Origin: a virus
Taxonomy: Duplodnaviria > Caudoviricetes
IMG/VR virus record: IMGVR_UViG_3300030433_001002
Location: 1 to 25,476 of that record
DNA: 25,476 nt
Reading direction: 5' to 3' (one strand)
The notes beneath the pieces were generated by a model. The model saw only the letters and a program-made list of their open reading frames with translations, made no database searches and had not been told where the DNA came from. Every line of letters starts with the position of its first letter. Position 1 is the stretch's first letter. A program made the position numbers and the translations under genes. Below, piece by piece: positions 8,026 to 16,620 of this stretch.

Positions 8026-8406
8026 ATGAAGCCCGATTACAAATACTTCATATCGCCCGAAGCCCTCAAACTTCAACTCAATGTTTTGGGTTGGAAAATG
8101 ATGAACCCCTTCATTCACGAAAATGTCGTGGTGTTCAAACCAGACTTTTACCCCAATAATCATGTTATTGCTTTAGCAAAGCGTGGCTATATTTGGGCAA
8201 AAGGATATACCATTGTTCAATACAAAGGACAAGAATTTAATTCAGTAGAAGAATTACTAAACAAATGGAAATACGCAATAAATGATTTTGACAACTGGAC
8301 TTTCTTAGCAGAAAAGGAATGGGTCTTAACAAAGGACGGCAAAGAATTGCTGTTCTCTTTTGACGACCTTACCAAAATACCTCTGCGAAAGAAATACAGG
8401 TGTTGA
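8026..8406 (+). CDS. Hypothetical protein
   Basis: Open frame of ~126 aa in the operon orientation. Confidence 0.7.
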   Translation: MKPDYKYFISPEALKLQLNVLGWKMMNPFIHENVVVFKPDFYPNNHVIALAKRGYIWAKGYTIVQYKGQEFNSVEELLNKWKYAINDFDNWTFLAEKEWVLTKDGKELLFSFDDLTKIPLRKKYRC

Positions 8407-8756
8407 TTTTGTCGGAGAAGCAAAAGACAAATCAACTACTAAGCAATTGTATTCTAATATTTAATGAAATGGATGTAAAAGACTTTGAAAGAATCAAGAG
8501 ATGGGCTTCTTATGCAAAGCATGATGCAAACTATTACAGTATGTTTTCTCTAACTCAAAGCATCTACGATACATTATGGAGTAGAAATGAAGCCATTGAA
8601 GAAGGATTCTGTAAATACTTAGACAGAAGAACAACAGAATACAAAGAGATGTTAAACTATCATAATAAAAACTGTGAAGGGAATTGCCTAGTTTGTAAAG
8701 ATAGACAAGTTATCAAAGATTTATTGGGGATTGATTATGAAAGAACAGAACCCTAA
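8400..8756 (+). CDS. Hypothetical protein with His/Cys cluster
   Basis: HNKNCEGNCLVC motif; overlaps its neighbours in typical coupled fashion. Confidence 0.65.
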   Translation: MLILSEKQKTNQLLSNCILIFNEMDVKDFERIKRWASYAKHDANYYSMFSLTQSIYDTLWSRNEAIEEGFCKYLDRRTTEYKEMLNYHNKNCEGNCLVCKDRQVIKDLLGIDYERTEP

Positions 8757-8898
8757 ATATACAAAGAACAACAGAAAAGGCAACATGGTTGCCACCCAAT
8801 GCCGAGTATGTGGGAAAAAACTATACTCACCAGACGAAATTAAAAACGAAATGCATGATAGATGCAACAAAGATAATACAAATATATACATGATGTGA
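8737..8898 (+). CDS. Small Zn-finger protein (53 aa, not in ORF track)
   Basis: MKEQNPKY...CRVCGKKL...HDRC; fills the gap before 8903. Confidence 0.6.
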   Translation: MKEQNPKYTKNNRKGNMVATQCRVCGKKLYSPDEIKNEMHDRCNKDNTNIYMM

Positions 8899-8902
8899 TA
8901 AT

Positions 8903-10066
8903 ATGCCAAAATACAATTTAGAAATTCAAAAACCTGACGATTCTAATACTTATTACTCAACCACGATTGAAAGTGATATTTTTAGGTATAGCAGTTTGTC
9001 AGTAGCAAACGGACGAATACGAATCCACCGTGGTTCTCATCGGTCAAAAGACCCCGTTCATCAAGGTATCAAAGAAAAGGTTGGGACTATCTTCAAGAAG
9101 AAAAGGCGTTCCCGATACTATTCCTACGCAGGTATTCCAAAGAATATTACCACCACTCTCAAGATTAAAGAACTCACCGTTTTCCTTCAAAAGAAAGGTG
9201 GTCGCCACCATCTAAACGGTATCTATGTTTCTTTGGATAATCTCTGCGATATTCTCGCAAGAGTCATTTTCCGAAGTTGCTTTACTGATGATGCGGCGGA
9301 ACTGAACAAAGTCCTTTGGCGAAACTTGCAGATTCCCGAGAATGTTTCTTATGTTCTTGAGAACCGTCTCCCGTTCTTCTTCTATGAAGATTATGAACGA
9401 CATGATGTTCGCTTGAATGTGCAAAGAATTGCTCACGATGTTTGTGCCGTTGAAATTAGCGACGGTCTTTGGGGTGAAATCTCCTTCAAGGAATTAGATA
9501 AGTATTGTAATTTCTATGTCCACGGGCTCAAGCGTGGTAATTGGCCCTACACTTCACCAAAGAACCTGTTTGCGAAACTGATGAAGCGTGAACCGTCAAA
9601 TGCTGAATTATCGTTAATGATTGCTTTCCTTCAGCAAAACAGAAAGCAGGATATTGTGGAAAAGCGAGCCTTTGAATTAATCAATGAGATGGTTGAGCAA
9701 CGCCCCGATAGGTTGTTCCCTGTTTGGGATGAGGATAACCGCCTCAAGAGTTTGTTTGTCCGAGGTAATGGGTATGATTGGTGGTTGAACACGCAATCCT
9801 ACAAAGCAACGGGAACACAAAATGTCTCTACTTATGTTTGGCAACCCAACCACGAAGGCGAATTGGCTTGGCGTGGTGCAATCTGTATTGACAACGCAAA
9901 CGATGATTCCTCAATTGGCGACCAATTCGCCGCAAGAGCGATGGCGTTATTAAATGACCACCATACGATTGAAATTGTAAGCACTATCAAGTCTTACATT
10001 AAGAGCGAACCAAATGAAAATAGGATGGATGAAAATGAAGAAATGCGACGAGTGCGGAATTTGTGA
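8903..10066 (+). CDS. Hypothetical protein (387 aa); possible C-terminal E2/UBC-like Cys motif
   Basis: The ORF itself is clear. QPN...GAICID (Cys328) loosely resembles the E2 HPN...GxICL signature, so the function is speculative. Confidence 0.6.
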   Translation: MPKYNLEIQKPDDSNTYYSTTIESDIFRYSSLSVANGRIRIHRGSHRSKDPVHQGIKEKVGTIFKKKRRSRYYSYAGIPKNITTTLKIKELTVFLQKKGGRHHLNGIYVSLDNLCDILARVIFRSCFTDDAAELNKVLWRNLQIPENVSYVLENRLPFFFYEDYERHDVRLNVQRIAHDVCAVEISDGLWGEISFKELDKYCNFYVHGLKRGNWPYTSPKNLFAKLMKREPSNAELSLMIAFLQQNRKQDIVEKRAFELINEMVEQRPDRLFPVWDEDNRLKSLFVRGNGYDWWLNTQSYKATGTQNVSTYVWQPNHEGELAWRGAICIDNANDDSSIGDQFAARAMALLNDHHTIEIVSTIKSYIKSEPNENRMDENEEMRRVRNL

Positions 10067-10901
10067 TAGTAGTTTTGATGAAGAAATGGGAGAACACATC
10101 TGCAACGGGTGTGGTCTTGTAATCATTACTGAGATGTTTGAAGAAACTGTTCACATTTTGAACAGCGCAGGTGAAAATATTCATTCTGCTGATAAGGGCC
10201 ATCTTGGTTCAGTTATCACTGGAGAGGGTTCTTACAAGTTTAACCGTTTTAAGCAGAATGTCATCCCACAAAATATTCAGCAGGCTTTGATGCATTGTAG
10301 TATGGTTCTTGCTAACTTCTCTCCTTCGGATTCCTTGAAGGAAAGGGTAGAAAAAATCTACATGGAAGCATACCGCAAAGGTCTATTCGGAAAGTTTTCC
10401 TATGAAGATAGGGCTACTGCGGTTGTCTTTTATGCTCTCAAAGAGCGAGGAACACCCATTCCTTTGAAGAAAGTGATGGAAGAATTTGAAGTGAACCCGA
10501 AGCGAGTCCGAAGAATTGTTCGCAAACTCAACGGATTGTATCGCAATCAAATTAACTTCACCGAAGTTAATCCAGCATATCAGTTAGAGTATCATGTGTT
10601 GCAGATTACCAAAGATAGAGTTTATCTACAACAATGTTTGGAAGTATTGGCTCGCTTTGAAAACATTGTGAGCAATAGCAACTTCACAAAGAGCAAATCC
10701 TACTATGCTTCTATTTGTTGGATTACAACGAATGTCTTTGAAAGAAGCGAACCGACACGAAAACAAATCAGTGAGGCGTGCGAATATCATCATTCGTGCA
10801 TCTACGAACAAACGAAGTCCCTCTTAGCCTTGATTGGGAAAACTTCGGTTAAACAATTAAGAGGCAAAGATGTAAATAAAATAGGTGAAACAGATGTTTG
10901 A
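10035..10901 (+). CDS. tfb: Transcription initiation factor B (TFB/TFIIB-like)
   Basis: N-terminal Zn ribbon CDECG...GEHICNGCGLVI followed by two cyclin-like repeats (TAVVFYALKERGTPIPLKKV; PTRKQISEAC). Confidence 0.85.
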   Translation: MKKCDECGICDSSFDEEMGEHICNGCGLVIITEMFEETVHILNSAGENIHSADKGHLGSVITGEGSYKFNRFKQNVIPQNIQQALMHCSMVLANFSPSDSLKERVEKIYMEAYRKGLFGKFSYEDRATAVVFYALKERGTPIPLKKVMEEFEVNPKRVRRIVRKLNGLYRNQINFTEVNPAYQLEYHVLQITKDRVYLQQCLEVLARFENIVSNSNFTKSKSYYASICWITTNVFERSEPTRKQISEACEYHHSCIYEQTKSLLALIGKTSVKQLRGKDVNKIGETDV

Positions 10902-11217
10902 AAAAGAATGGAATAAACTAGCAAAGGGAATTTACACCAATGCGGTAAATCATGGTTTTTGGAAAGAAGAGAGAAATGATGGTGAAGCAATTGCACTGAT
11001 GCATTCGGAGTTATCCGAAGCACTTGAGGCCATGCGAAATGATAATCCCTCTTCAAATAAAATCATTGAATTTAACAGCGTTGAAGAAGAATTAGCAGAT
11101 GTGATTATTCGCATCATGGATTATGCTTTTGGAAAGGACTTAGATGTAGCGGGTGCGATTCTCGCTAAAATTGAATACAATAAAAGCCGTGAGTTTATGC
11201 ATGGCAAATCGTTTTAA
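10894..11217 (+). CDS. MazG-like nucleotide pyrophosphohydrolase
   Basis: ALMHSELSEALEA and EEELADVIIRIMD all-alpha NTP-PPase motifs; C-terminal KIEYNKSR. Confidence 0.88.
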   Translation: MFEKEWNKLAKGIYTNAVNHGFWKEERNDGEAIALMHSELSEALEAMRNDNPSSNKIIEFNSVEEELADVIIRIMDYAFGKDLDVAGAILAKIEYNKSREFMHGKSF

Positions 11218-11229
11218 GGAGGAATAAAT

Positions 11230-11787
11230 ATGAGAAAAGTATTAGTAATTGGAGCAGGCGGAATTGGAAGTTTTCTAATTCCTATTTTACACAGAGCAGG
11301 AATGTATGACATTTCCGTTGCAGACCCCGATAAGGTGGAGCAAAAGAATTTGTCATATCAAAATTTCAAGAAGGGCCATGTTGGGCAAAACAAAGCAAGT
11401 GTAATGAGAGACGAATATTCGTCAGTTAATCACATGAGCCCCTATCCCATTCTTGCTGAAACACAAATGAAGGGATACGACTTGGTTATCTGTTGTGTTG
11501 ATAACATCGGGTTGCGACGAACCCTTTACAACACAAGCATTAAGTGGTTGGACTTACGCGCACAGGGTAGGAACGCCGCACTTGTGAGTCATAAGGCAGA
11601 CCCGAAAATGTATGATATGCTTTTGGCTGGTGAAGAAGGTTCTTTTAGTTGTCAAGGAGATTCATGGGATGGAACAAACAAAGGCGTTCATTATATGCAA
11701 GTCGCAATTGCAGGATTGGGCGCACAATGGATTCAACGCTGGTTTAACGGCGAAGAAGTAAGAGAATATATGGTGGTGAATGTATGA
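11230..11787 (+). CDS. ThiF/MoeB/E1-like adenylating enzyme
   Basis: VLVIGAGGIGS nucleotide-binding loop, DPDKVEQKNL, GQNKA, DLVICCVDN, and a candidate catalytic Cys141 in SFSCQ. AGGAGG RBS. Confidence 0.9.
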   Translation: MRKVLVIGAGGIGSFLIPILHRAGMYDISVADPDKVEQKNLSYQNFKKGHVGQNKASVMRDEYSSVNHMSPYPILAETQMKGYDLVICCVDNIGLRRTLYNTSIKWLDLRAQGRNAALVSHKADPKMYDMLLAGEEGSFSCQGDSWDGTNKGVHYMQVAIAGLGAQWIQRWFNGEEVREYMVVNV

Positions 11788-12293
11788 GCCGAGGAATAAA
11801 ATGGACAAAAAGAGAAGAAACATATGTAATTGGTTGGAAATCTGCTATTAAGAATGAAGACTTTCAAAAATTAGCAGACGATATGTATGAAGCATTCGGT
11901 AATCGCCGTTCTGCTCATGCTGTGAAAATGAAATGGAAGAAACTGCAAGAAACACACGCAATTGCAGAAGAAACTGAAACCCAGATTTATTCATCGGGTT
12001 GGGATGATAAGCAGGATTTCTTTTTGTTGGTTAATTTCTATGATATGAGCATTGATGAAGTCCGAGAATACTTTGGCCGCAGTTATGCTGATTGTGCAGG
12101 TCGTCTTGAACAATTGATTGATAGCACAGAACTGACTCACATAGAGTTAGTTAAGAAGGCCGCTATGACTGTCCGAGAACGCAGGGAACCCTATGTTCCA
12201 AAAATTCCTTCAAGCCGTAAGGAGAAGCGTTTGATTGCCAAAATGAACAAACTCAACGACAAACTCATGCGTCTCCGAGGTGGAGAAGAATGA
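11784..12293 (+). CDS. Myb/SANT-like HTH repeat protein
   Basis: KWTKREE...RRSAHAVKMKWKKL and a second repeat GWDDKQDFFLL...FGRSYADC. Confidence 0.65.
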   Translation: MSRGIKWTKREETYVIGWKSAIKNEDFQKLADDMYEAFGNRRSAHAVKMKWKKLQETHAIAEETETQIYSSGWDDKQDFFLLVNFYDMSIDEVREYFGRSYADCAGRLEQLIDSTELTHIELVKKAAMTVRERREPYVPKIPSSRKEKRLIAKMNKLNDKLMRLRGGEE

Positions 12294-12985
12294 GCAAAAG
12301 CGGAGATTGGTTTATTCGTGAGAATCCCGACGACGATGATTCGGGATATGACGAATGGTTGATGGAACAAGGCTATGAAGAATGGCTTAAAAATAATAAG
12401 GTGAATAATATGAGAACCCCAGAAGAAAGAGCAAAACAAATTGTAGAGCGAAGAAAGCAAATTGCAGAAGGACGAATTGAAGCGGTTCGTTATGTTGAAG
12501 AAGCATGGAATAGGTGTTTGATGGAAGCAACATCAACAGTAAGTTGGGAGGACTTCACTGTTGTTCAAGACGCTGAACATTCATTGGCTTTGCACGACGC
12601 TATTTGGCACGCTTCTACCGAAATATTGCCCGGTTTTGAAGTCCAAGCAGTTATTGATTCAAAGAACGACATCTATGTTTCCACTGGAACATCGGGCTAT
12701 GTTGATTACTTGACAATTGACCCTTCAACACTTATTGGAATGAAACTTCCTATCAAGTGCTGGATTCACACTCACCCATTTGGAGCCGCTTACTTTAGCG
12801 GAACAGATTGGAGAACAATCAACATTTGGGAAGAACATATGAATTGTGCATATGTTCTCGGAAGCCAAATGTCCACAAAAGGACACTATGGTTTTTGGAG
12901 TAAGTTTAACAAAAATGAACTGGAAATCTATGAAAATGGAGAACCGGAACAAACACAACAAAGACCAAGAGGTGAAGAAGAATGA
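12290..12985 (+). CDS. JAB/MPN+ (JAMM) metalloprotease
   Basis: Complete JAMM motif E117...H160-T-H162-x7-S170-x2-D173 (WIHTHPFGAAYFSGTD). Confidence 0.88.
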   Translation: MSKSGDWFIRENPDDDDSGYDEWLMEQGYEEWLKNNKVNNMRTPEERAKQIVERRKQIAEGRIEAVRYVEEAWNRCLMEATSTVSWEDFTVVQDAEHSLALHDAIWHASTEILPGFEVQAVIDSKNDIYVSTGTSGYVDYLTIDPSTLIGMKLPIKCWIHTHPFGAAYFSGTDWRTINIWEEHMNCAYVLGSQMSTKGHYGFWSKFNKNELEIYENGEPEQTQQRPRGEEE

Positions 12986-13260
12986 CGAGAAAAACAGGTT
13001 TAGACACTGCCGCAAAATACCCAGACCGACCCATGAAGGATGAAGAGGCCCTTTCCGTTAAGGAGAGAACCGCCCGCCATAAGGCGGCTCATCCAAACGA
13101 TGAGAACAAACCCCGAGAGAACAGGGGTGTTCAGTGGGCAAAATCACGAAAAACACAACGAGATAAGGACTTGAAAGAGTTTTACAAAACCCATGTTTAT
13201 TCATGGATTTCCAATACTCGCCGTGGTTGGGTCGCTATTCCTTCGGAGGAAGAAGAATGA
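12982..13260 (+). CDS. Hypothetical basic protein
   Basis: ATGA-coupled at both ends. Confidence 0.65.
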   Translation: MTRKTGLDTAAKYPDRPMKDEEALSVKERTARHKAAHPNDENKPRENRGVQWAKSRKTQRDKDLKEFYKTHVYSWISNTRRGWVAIPSEEEE

Positions 13261-13472
13261 AGGCCATGAATGATTATGTGATTGTTGAGCAAGAAGTCCA
13301 AAGCCACGGTGTTATTACCATGAAGGAAAACAATTTGGGCAAGGTTCTGTCATGTGCTTGCGATAAGGAATTGGTGGGTAAAACCATCATTTTCTCTACC
13401 GCCAAAAGCATTCAAGAGTATGACGGCTATCGTTTTGTTCCCTACGCTCAAGTAATGGCGGTGATGGAATAA
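13257..13472 (+). CDS. groES: GroES-like co-chaperonin (71 aa)
   Basis: MKAMNDYVIVE...GKVLS...VGKTIIF...QVMAVME aligns with the GroES pattern PLHDRVIV...GEVLAV...VGDIVIF...ILAIVE; lies upstream of GroEL. Confidence 0.75.
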   Translation: MKAMNDYVIVEQEVQSHGVITMKENNLGKVLSCACDKELVGKTIIFSTAKSIQEYDGYRFVPYAQVMAVME

Positions 13473-13582
13473 TGTGTGGTGCTATTTCAACACCCTGTCT
13501 TACAGAAAATTGTGAGCAATTTACGAAAGAGGCTTATTGTTCCCAATGTGAAGCAAACATGGCACACCTTACGGGGGTCTGA
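13472..13582 (+). CDS. Small Cys-rich peptide (36 aa, not in ORF track)
   Basis: MCGAISTPCLTENCEQFTKEAYCSQCEANMAHLTGV; TAATG coupling to groES; fills the gap to groEL. Confidence 0.5.
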   Translation: MCGAISTPCLTENCEQFTKEAYCSQCEANMAHLTGV

Positions 13583-13585
13583 AAG

Positions 13586-15070
13586 ATGATTATTAACGGA
13601 GAAGAAGTGAAGCAAAAACTATTGCAGGGAATTAACTTGGTGGCCAACACTGTTCAACCAACCCTTGGCCCTCAAGCCAAAACGGTTATTCTGCAAAATG
13701 ACCCGCCTGTTGTCATTAATGACGGCGTGACGATTACCAAGTATATTTCTCACCAAGACCCTTATGTTCAAATGGGTGTGCAATTGGTTCAAAACTTAGC
13801 AAGCAAAGCCCAAGAAGGCTCGGGAGACGGAACAACAACGGCCTGTATTCTTGCGAGAATGCTTTGTGCCAAGATTTCTCAATTGCCTGAAATGAATGCT
13901 CATAAATTCTATGAGACGCTGGATTACTTGAAGGTGAAAATGCTTGAGGGACTGGATGAATTGTCAATCAAAATTGAGGATGATGACATTCTCAATGTTG
14001 CCACGATTGCGGCAAACAATGACCCAAACCTCGGTGCCTTGATTCAAGCGGGAATTCAAGAAGTGGGCCGTGAAGGTGCTTTGACCGTTGAAGAATCAAA
14101 AACTCATATCACCGAATTGGTTGTGCGAGAAGGAATGCAGATTCCCGAAGGCTACATCAGCCACTTGATGGCAAACCAACCAAACGGTAAGGCAGTGTTT
14201 GAGAATCCTTTGGTGTTCATGTCAAATATGAAGTTTAGAAATTTCAAGGACATTATCGGGATGCTGGAGTATGCGGCAGGTCAAGGCCGACCCTTGGTTA
14301 TTTTCTGTAAAGGAATGGATGGTTCAGCATTGAACAATCTACTGGCAAACATTATCAACAAAACCGTGGAGTGTGCCGTTGTTCTTGCACCAAACTTTGG
14401 CGACCAGCAATTGGATGAATTAGGAGATATTCAGTGTTTGTTGGGTGGTAAGGTATTCACCGAAGAAAGCAAAGACAGTGCTTCTCAATTTGTCAAAAGC
14501 GATTTAGGAGAATGTGAGCGAGTTATTATTTCAAAGGAGCGAACAATTTTGGTTGGTGGTGAGGGTGAGACTTATTCACGAATCAATTATCTAAAAGAGC
14601 AAGTCAAATCAATGGAAGGTTTTGAAGCGGCTCGTCTTAAGTCCCGTATTGTTCGCCTTCGTGGAAAGGTCGCCACAATCAAGGTCGGTGCTTCTTCTTC
14701 AATTGAAATGCTTGAGAAGAAAGAACGCCTTGATGATGCTTTGAATGCAACAAAGGCCGCTTTAGAAGAAGGTATTGTTGTTGGTGGAGGTCGTGCTTTG
14801 ATGGAAGTTTCTCAGCGAATTGATGCGCCGGATTGGTTCAAAGAAGCCATGAGCGCACCTTATGAAACGCTCTTTACCAACAGCAATTTGACCCCCGTTC
14901 CCCCCGAAGAATATCCTATGGGATTCAATGCATTGACGGGTAAAATGGCTAACTTGGAAGAAGAGGGAGTATTTGACCCAGTAAAGGTGGCGAAGAACAG
15001 TTTCCTTGCCGCTATGTCAATTGCTCAATTGTTCTACTCTACCGAAGTAGCAGTATTGGTGGAGGAATGA
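13586..15070 (+). CDS. groEL: Group I chaperonin GroEL-like
   Basis: TLGP, INDGVTI, GDGTTTA, ATIAAN, APNFGD, EKKERLDDALNATKAALEEGIVVGGG, DPVKV. No GGM tail. Confidence 0.95.
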   Translation: MIINGEEVKQKLLQGINLVANTVQPTLGPQAKTVILQNDPPVVINDGVTITKYISHQDPYVQMGVQLVQNLASKAQEGSGDGTTTACILARMLCAKISQLPEMNAHKFYETLDYLKVKMLEGLDELSIKIEDDDILNVATIAANNDPNLGALIQAGIQEVGREGALTVEESKTHITELVVREGMQIPEGYISHLMANQPNGKAVFENPLVFMSNMKFRNFKDIIGMLEYAAGQGRPLVIFCKGMDGSALNNLLANIINKTVECAVVLAPNFGDQQLDELGDIQCLLGGKVFTEESKDSASQFVKSDLGECERVIISKERTILVGGEGETYSRINYLKEQVKSMEGFEAARLKSRIVRLRGKVATIKVGASSSIEMLEKKERLDDALNATKAALEEGIVVGGGRALMEVSQRIDAPDWFKEAMSAPYETLFTNSNLTPVPPEEYPMGFNALTGKMANLEEEGVFDPVKVAKNSFLAAMSIAQLFYSTEVAVLVEE

Positions 15071-15196
15071 ATGATGCAGGATTCTTTGTTATCCATTGTA
15101 AAGGACGCTATGGCGATTATTGAAGCGATGGGTAGAAGAGATGTTGCAGAGATTCTACAAAAGAGAGTCAATGATTTGATGGGGTGGGAGGTTTGA
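15071..15196 (+). CDS. Small hypothetical protein (41 aa, not in ORF track)
   Basis: MMQDSLLSIVKDAMAIIEAMGRRDVAEILQKRVNDLMGWEV; GGAGG RBS; fills the gap exactly. Confidence 0.55.
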   Translation: MMQDSLLSIVKDAMAIIEAMGRRDVAEILQKRVNDLMGWEV

Positions 15197-15588
15197 AGAA
15201 AGCAATCACTGTTGTTTTGCCTGCGCCACATAAAGCACAAATCAAATGCCCTATTTGTGATGGAAACAAATGCCATGTCTGCAAAATGACGGGACATTTG
15301 GCCATTGATGTTGCCCCGAAGATTCCAATTCAAAGGGCGCACATCATCAAATATGTGGCTGAAAATATTCAAACGGTTGCGAAGGAATTAACCAAAAAGT
15401 ATGGACTAACGCCCGAGATTAACACCGTTGAAGTCCTTGAGTTGAATCAAGGCCAATATGAGGTCGTGCAGATTTCTTCTCTTGGTGGGGTTTGTTGGGT
15501 TGTGAATCGTCTTGATGATTTAGATACTCCGAGATACTTTACTTCCCGTCAAGAATTAGATAAATTCAAACAGGGGTGGATGAATTGA
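15193..15588 (+). CDS. Protein with DnaJ-type Zn-finger motif
   Basis: CPICDGNKCHVCKMTG; probable TTG start after GGAGG. Confidence 0.65.
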   Translation: MKKAITVVLPAPHKAQIKCPICDGNKCHVCKMTGHLAIDVAPKIPIQRAHIIKYVAENIQTVAKELTKKYGLTPEINTVEVLELNQGQYEVVQISSLGGVCWVVNRLDDLDTPRYFTSRQELDKFKQGWMN

Positions 15589-15791
15589 GCGACCTCAAAA
15601 TCACAGGAAGAATCATCCGAAACGAAAAGGATGAAGTTATTGTCAAGCGTGGAAACTATTGGAACATTGAAGTGTTTGATATTCGTTGGTTTCAAAATGA
15701 TAAGCCAACACGAAAAGGTATTCGCTTGAACCTTGAAGAAGCGAAAATGTTGTATGAAATACTAAGGAGAGAGTTAGATGAAGATATTTAA
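15576..15791 (+). CDS. PC4/Sub1-like ssDNA-binding protein
   Basis: FDIRWF...KPTRKGIRLNLEE matches the PC4 signature (DIR.....P.KKGI.L). Confidence 0.78.
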   Translation: MDELSDLKITGRIIRNEKDEVIVKRGNYWNIEVFDIRWFQNDKPTRKGIRLNLEEAKMLYEILRRELDEDI

Positions 15792-16059
15792 GAAGCATAC
15801 TGAAAATGCGATGAGAAAAGCCGCAATTAGAAATAATTGTAAGGGAAGAAGCATAACATACGAAGCGGTTGGTAGAGCCACCCGTTATTGTGGCGAAATT
15901 CTTGATGAGTTTTTGTTGTTCGTTGAACAATCTATGCCACCCCTCGGCGGTCGTGGGAGCCGTATTCAAAAGGAAAATGTTGAATTAGCATACTTGCGAT
16001 TCAAAGTGGCTTTCAATGAGGCTCTGCGAAACGCTGATTGGAAGGAGGAAGAAGAATGA
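15778..16059 (+). CDS. Possible divergent histone-fold protein
   Basis: RSITYEAV, a long helix, then SRIQKENVELA resemble histone L1-alpha2-L2-alpha3 (RVS.EA...KTI..EDI.LA). Confidence 0.5.
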   Translation: MKIFKKHTENAMRKAAIRNNCKGRSITYEAVGRATRYCGEILDEFLLFVEQSMPPLGGRGSRIQKENVELAYLRFKVAFNEALRNADWKEEEE

Positions 16060-16406
16060 CTGAAATTCTATACAGAATCGCAACCAATGATGAGCGTTTC
16101 AATGCTTGGGCCAAGAAGAAAAAGAAGAACCTTGAGGGGCGATTCTTGGATATGTTTAATTTTGGCTACAATGAATCGGTGAACGCTGGACACCACACCC
16201 GATTGACATTCGTTTGTTATTGGGAAATTCAAGACAATGGTTCACTTGCCAAAGTCGCACCAGCAATTACCCAAGCATCATTGATGTTGCTTGGTCAAAG
16301 ACTTCTTGAGCGAAACAAAATGAACGAAACAGAATTGGCACACAATATGTCTGTCAATTTTGCACGACTTCTTGGCGTATTAGGTGCTAAAGATGAAGAA
16401 GAGTGA
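16056..16406 (+). CDS. Hypothetical protein
   Basis: ATGA-coupled start at 16056 after GGAGG. Confidence 0.7.
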   Translation: MTEILYRIATNDERFNAWAKKKKKNLEGRFLDMFNFGYNESVNAGHHTRLTFVCYWEIQDNGSLAKVAPAITQASLMLLGQRLLERNKMNETELAHNMSVNFARLLGVLGAKDEEE

Positions 16407-16620
16407 TTGGGTCTATTTGGCAAATGCCATGTGGACTTATTCTGAAAAGAATGAAGGGAGAATCAGTGCCCTTTTAAAACAACTGATAAAAGAAATAAAC
16501 AACAATAAGGAGATGATTACAAATGACATGGGCGAATTTAGCAAGACTACTACAAGCGACCGACCGAAAAACACCAACAGAAACAGTGAAAATGTTTTCC
16601 GAGGGAATGGAGAGTTTTAA
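16393..16620 (+). CDS. Hypothetical protein (3' part overlaps ligase start)
   Basis: AGGTG RBS before ATG 16393; fills the gap to the ligase. Confidence 0.5.
   Translation: MKKSDWVYLANAMWTYSEKNEGRISALLKQLIKEINNNKEMITNDMGEFSKTTTSDRPKNTNRNSENVFRGNGEF

Noticed and set aside
8400-8898. RING-type E3 ligase among Cys-rich ORFs near the Ubl
   Set aside because: Each has only about four clustered Cys/His ligands, with no cross-brace eight-ligand RING spacing.
7738-11787. Thiamine/molybdopterin or tRNA-thiolation (ThiS-ThiF) pathway interpretation
   Set aside because: No ThiG, MoaE, cysteine desulfurase, rhodanese or thiouridylase gene is visible in the window. Not fully excluded, because such genes could lie elsewhere or be host-supplied.
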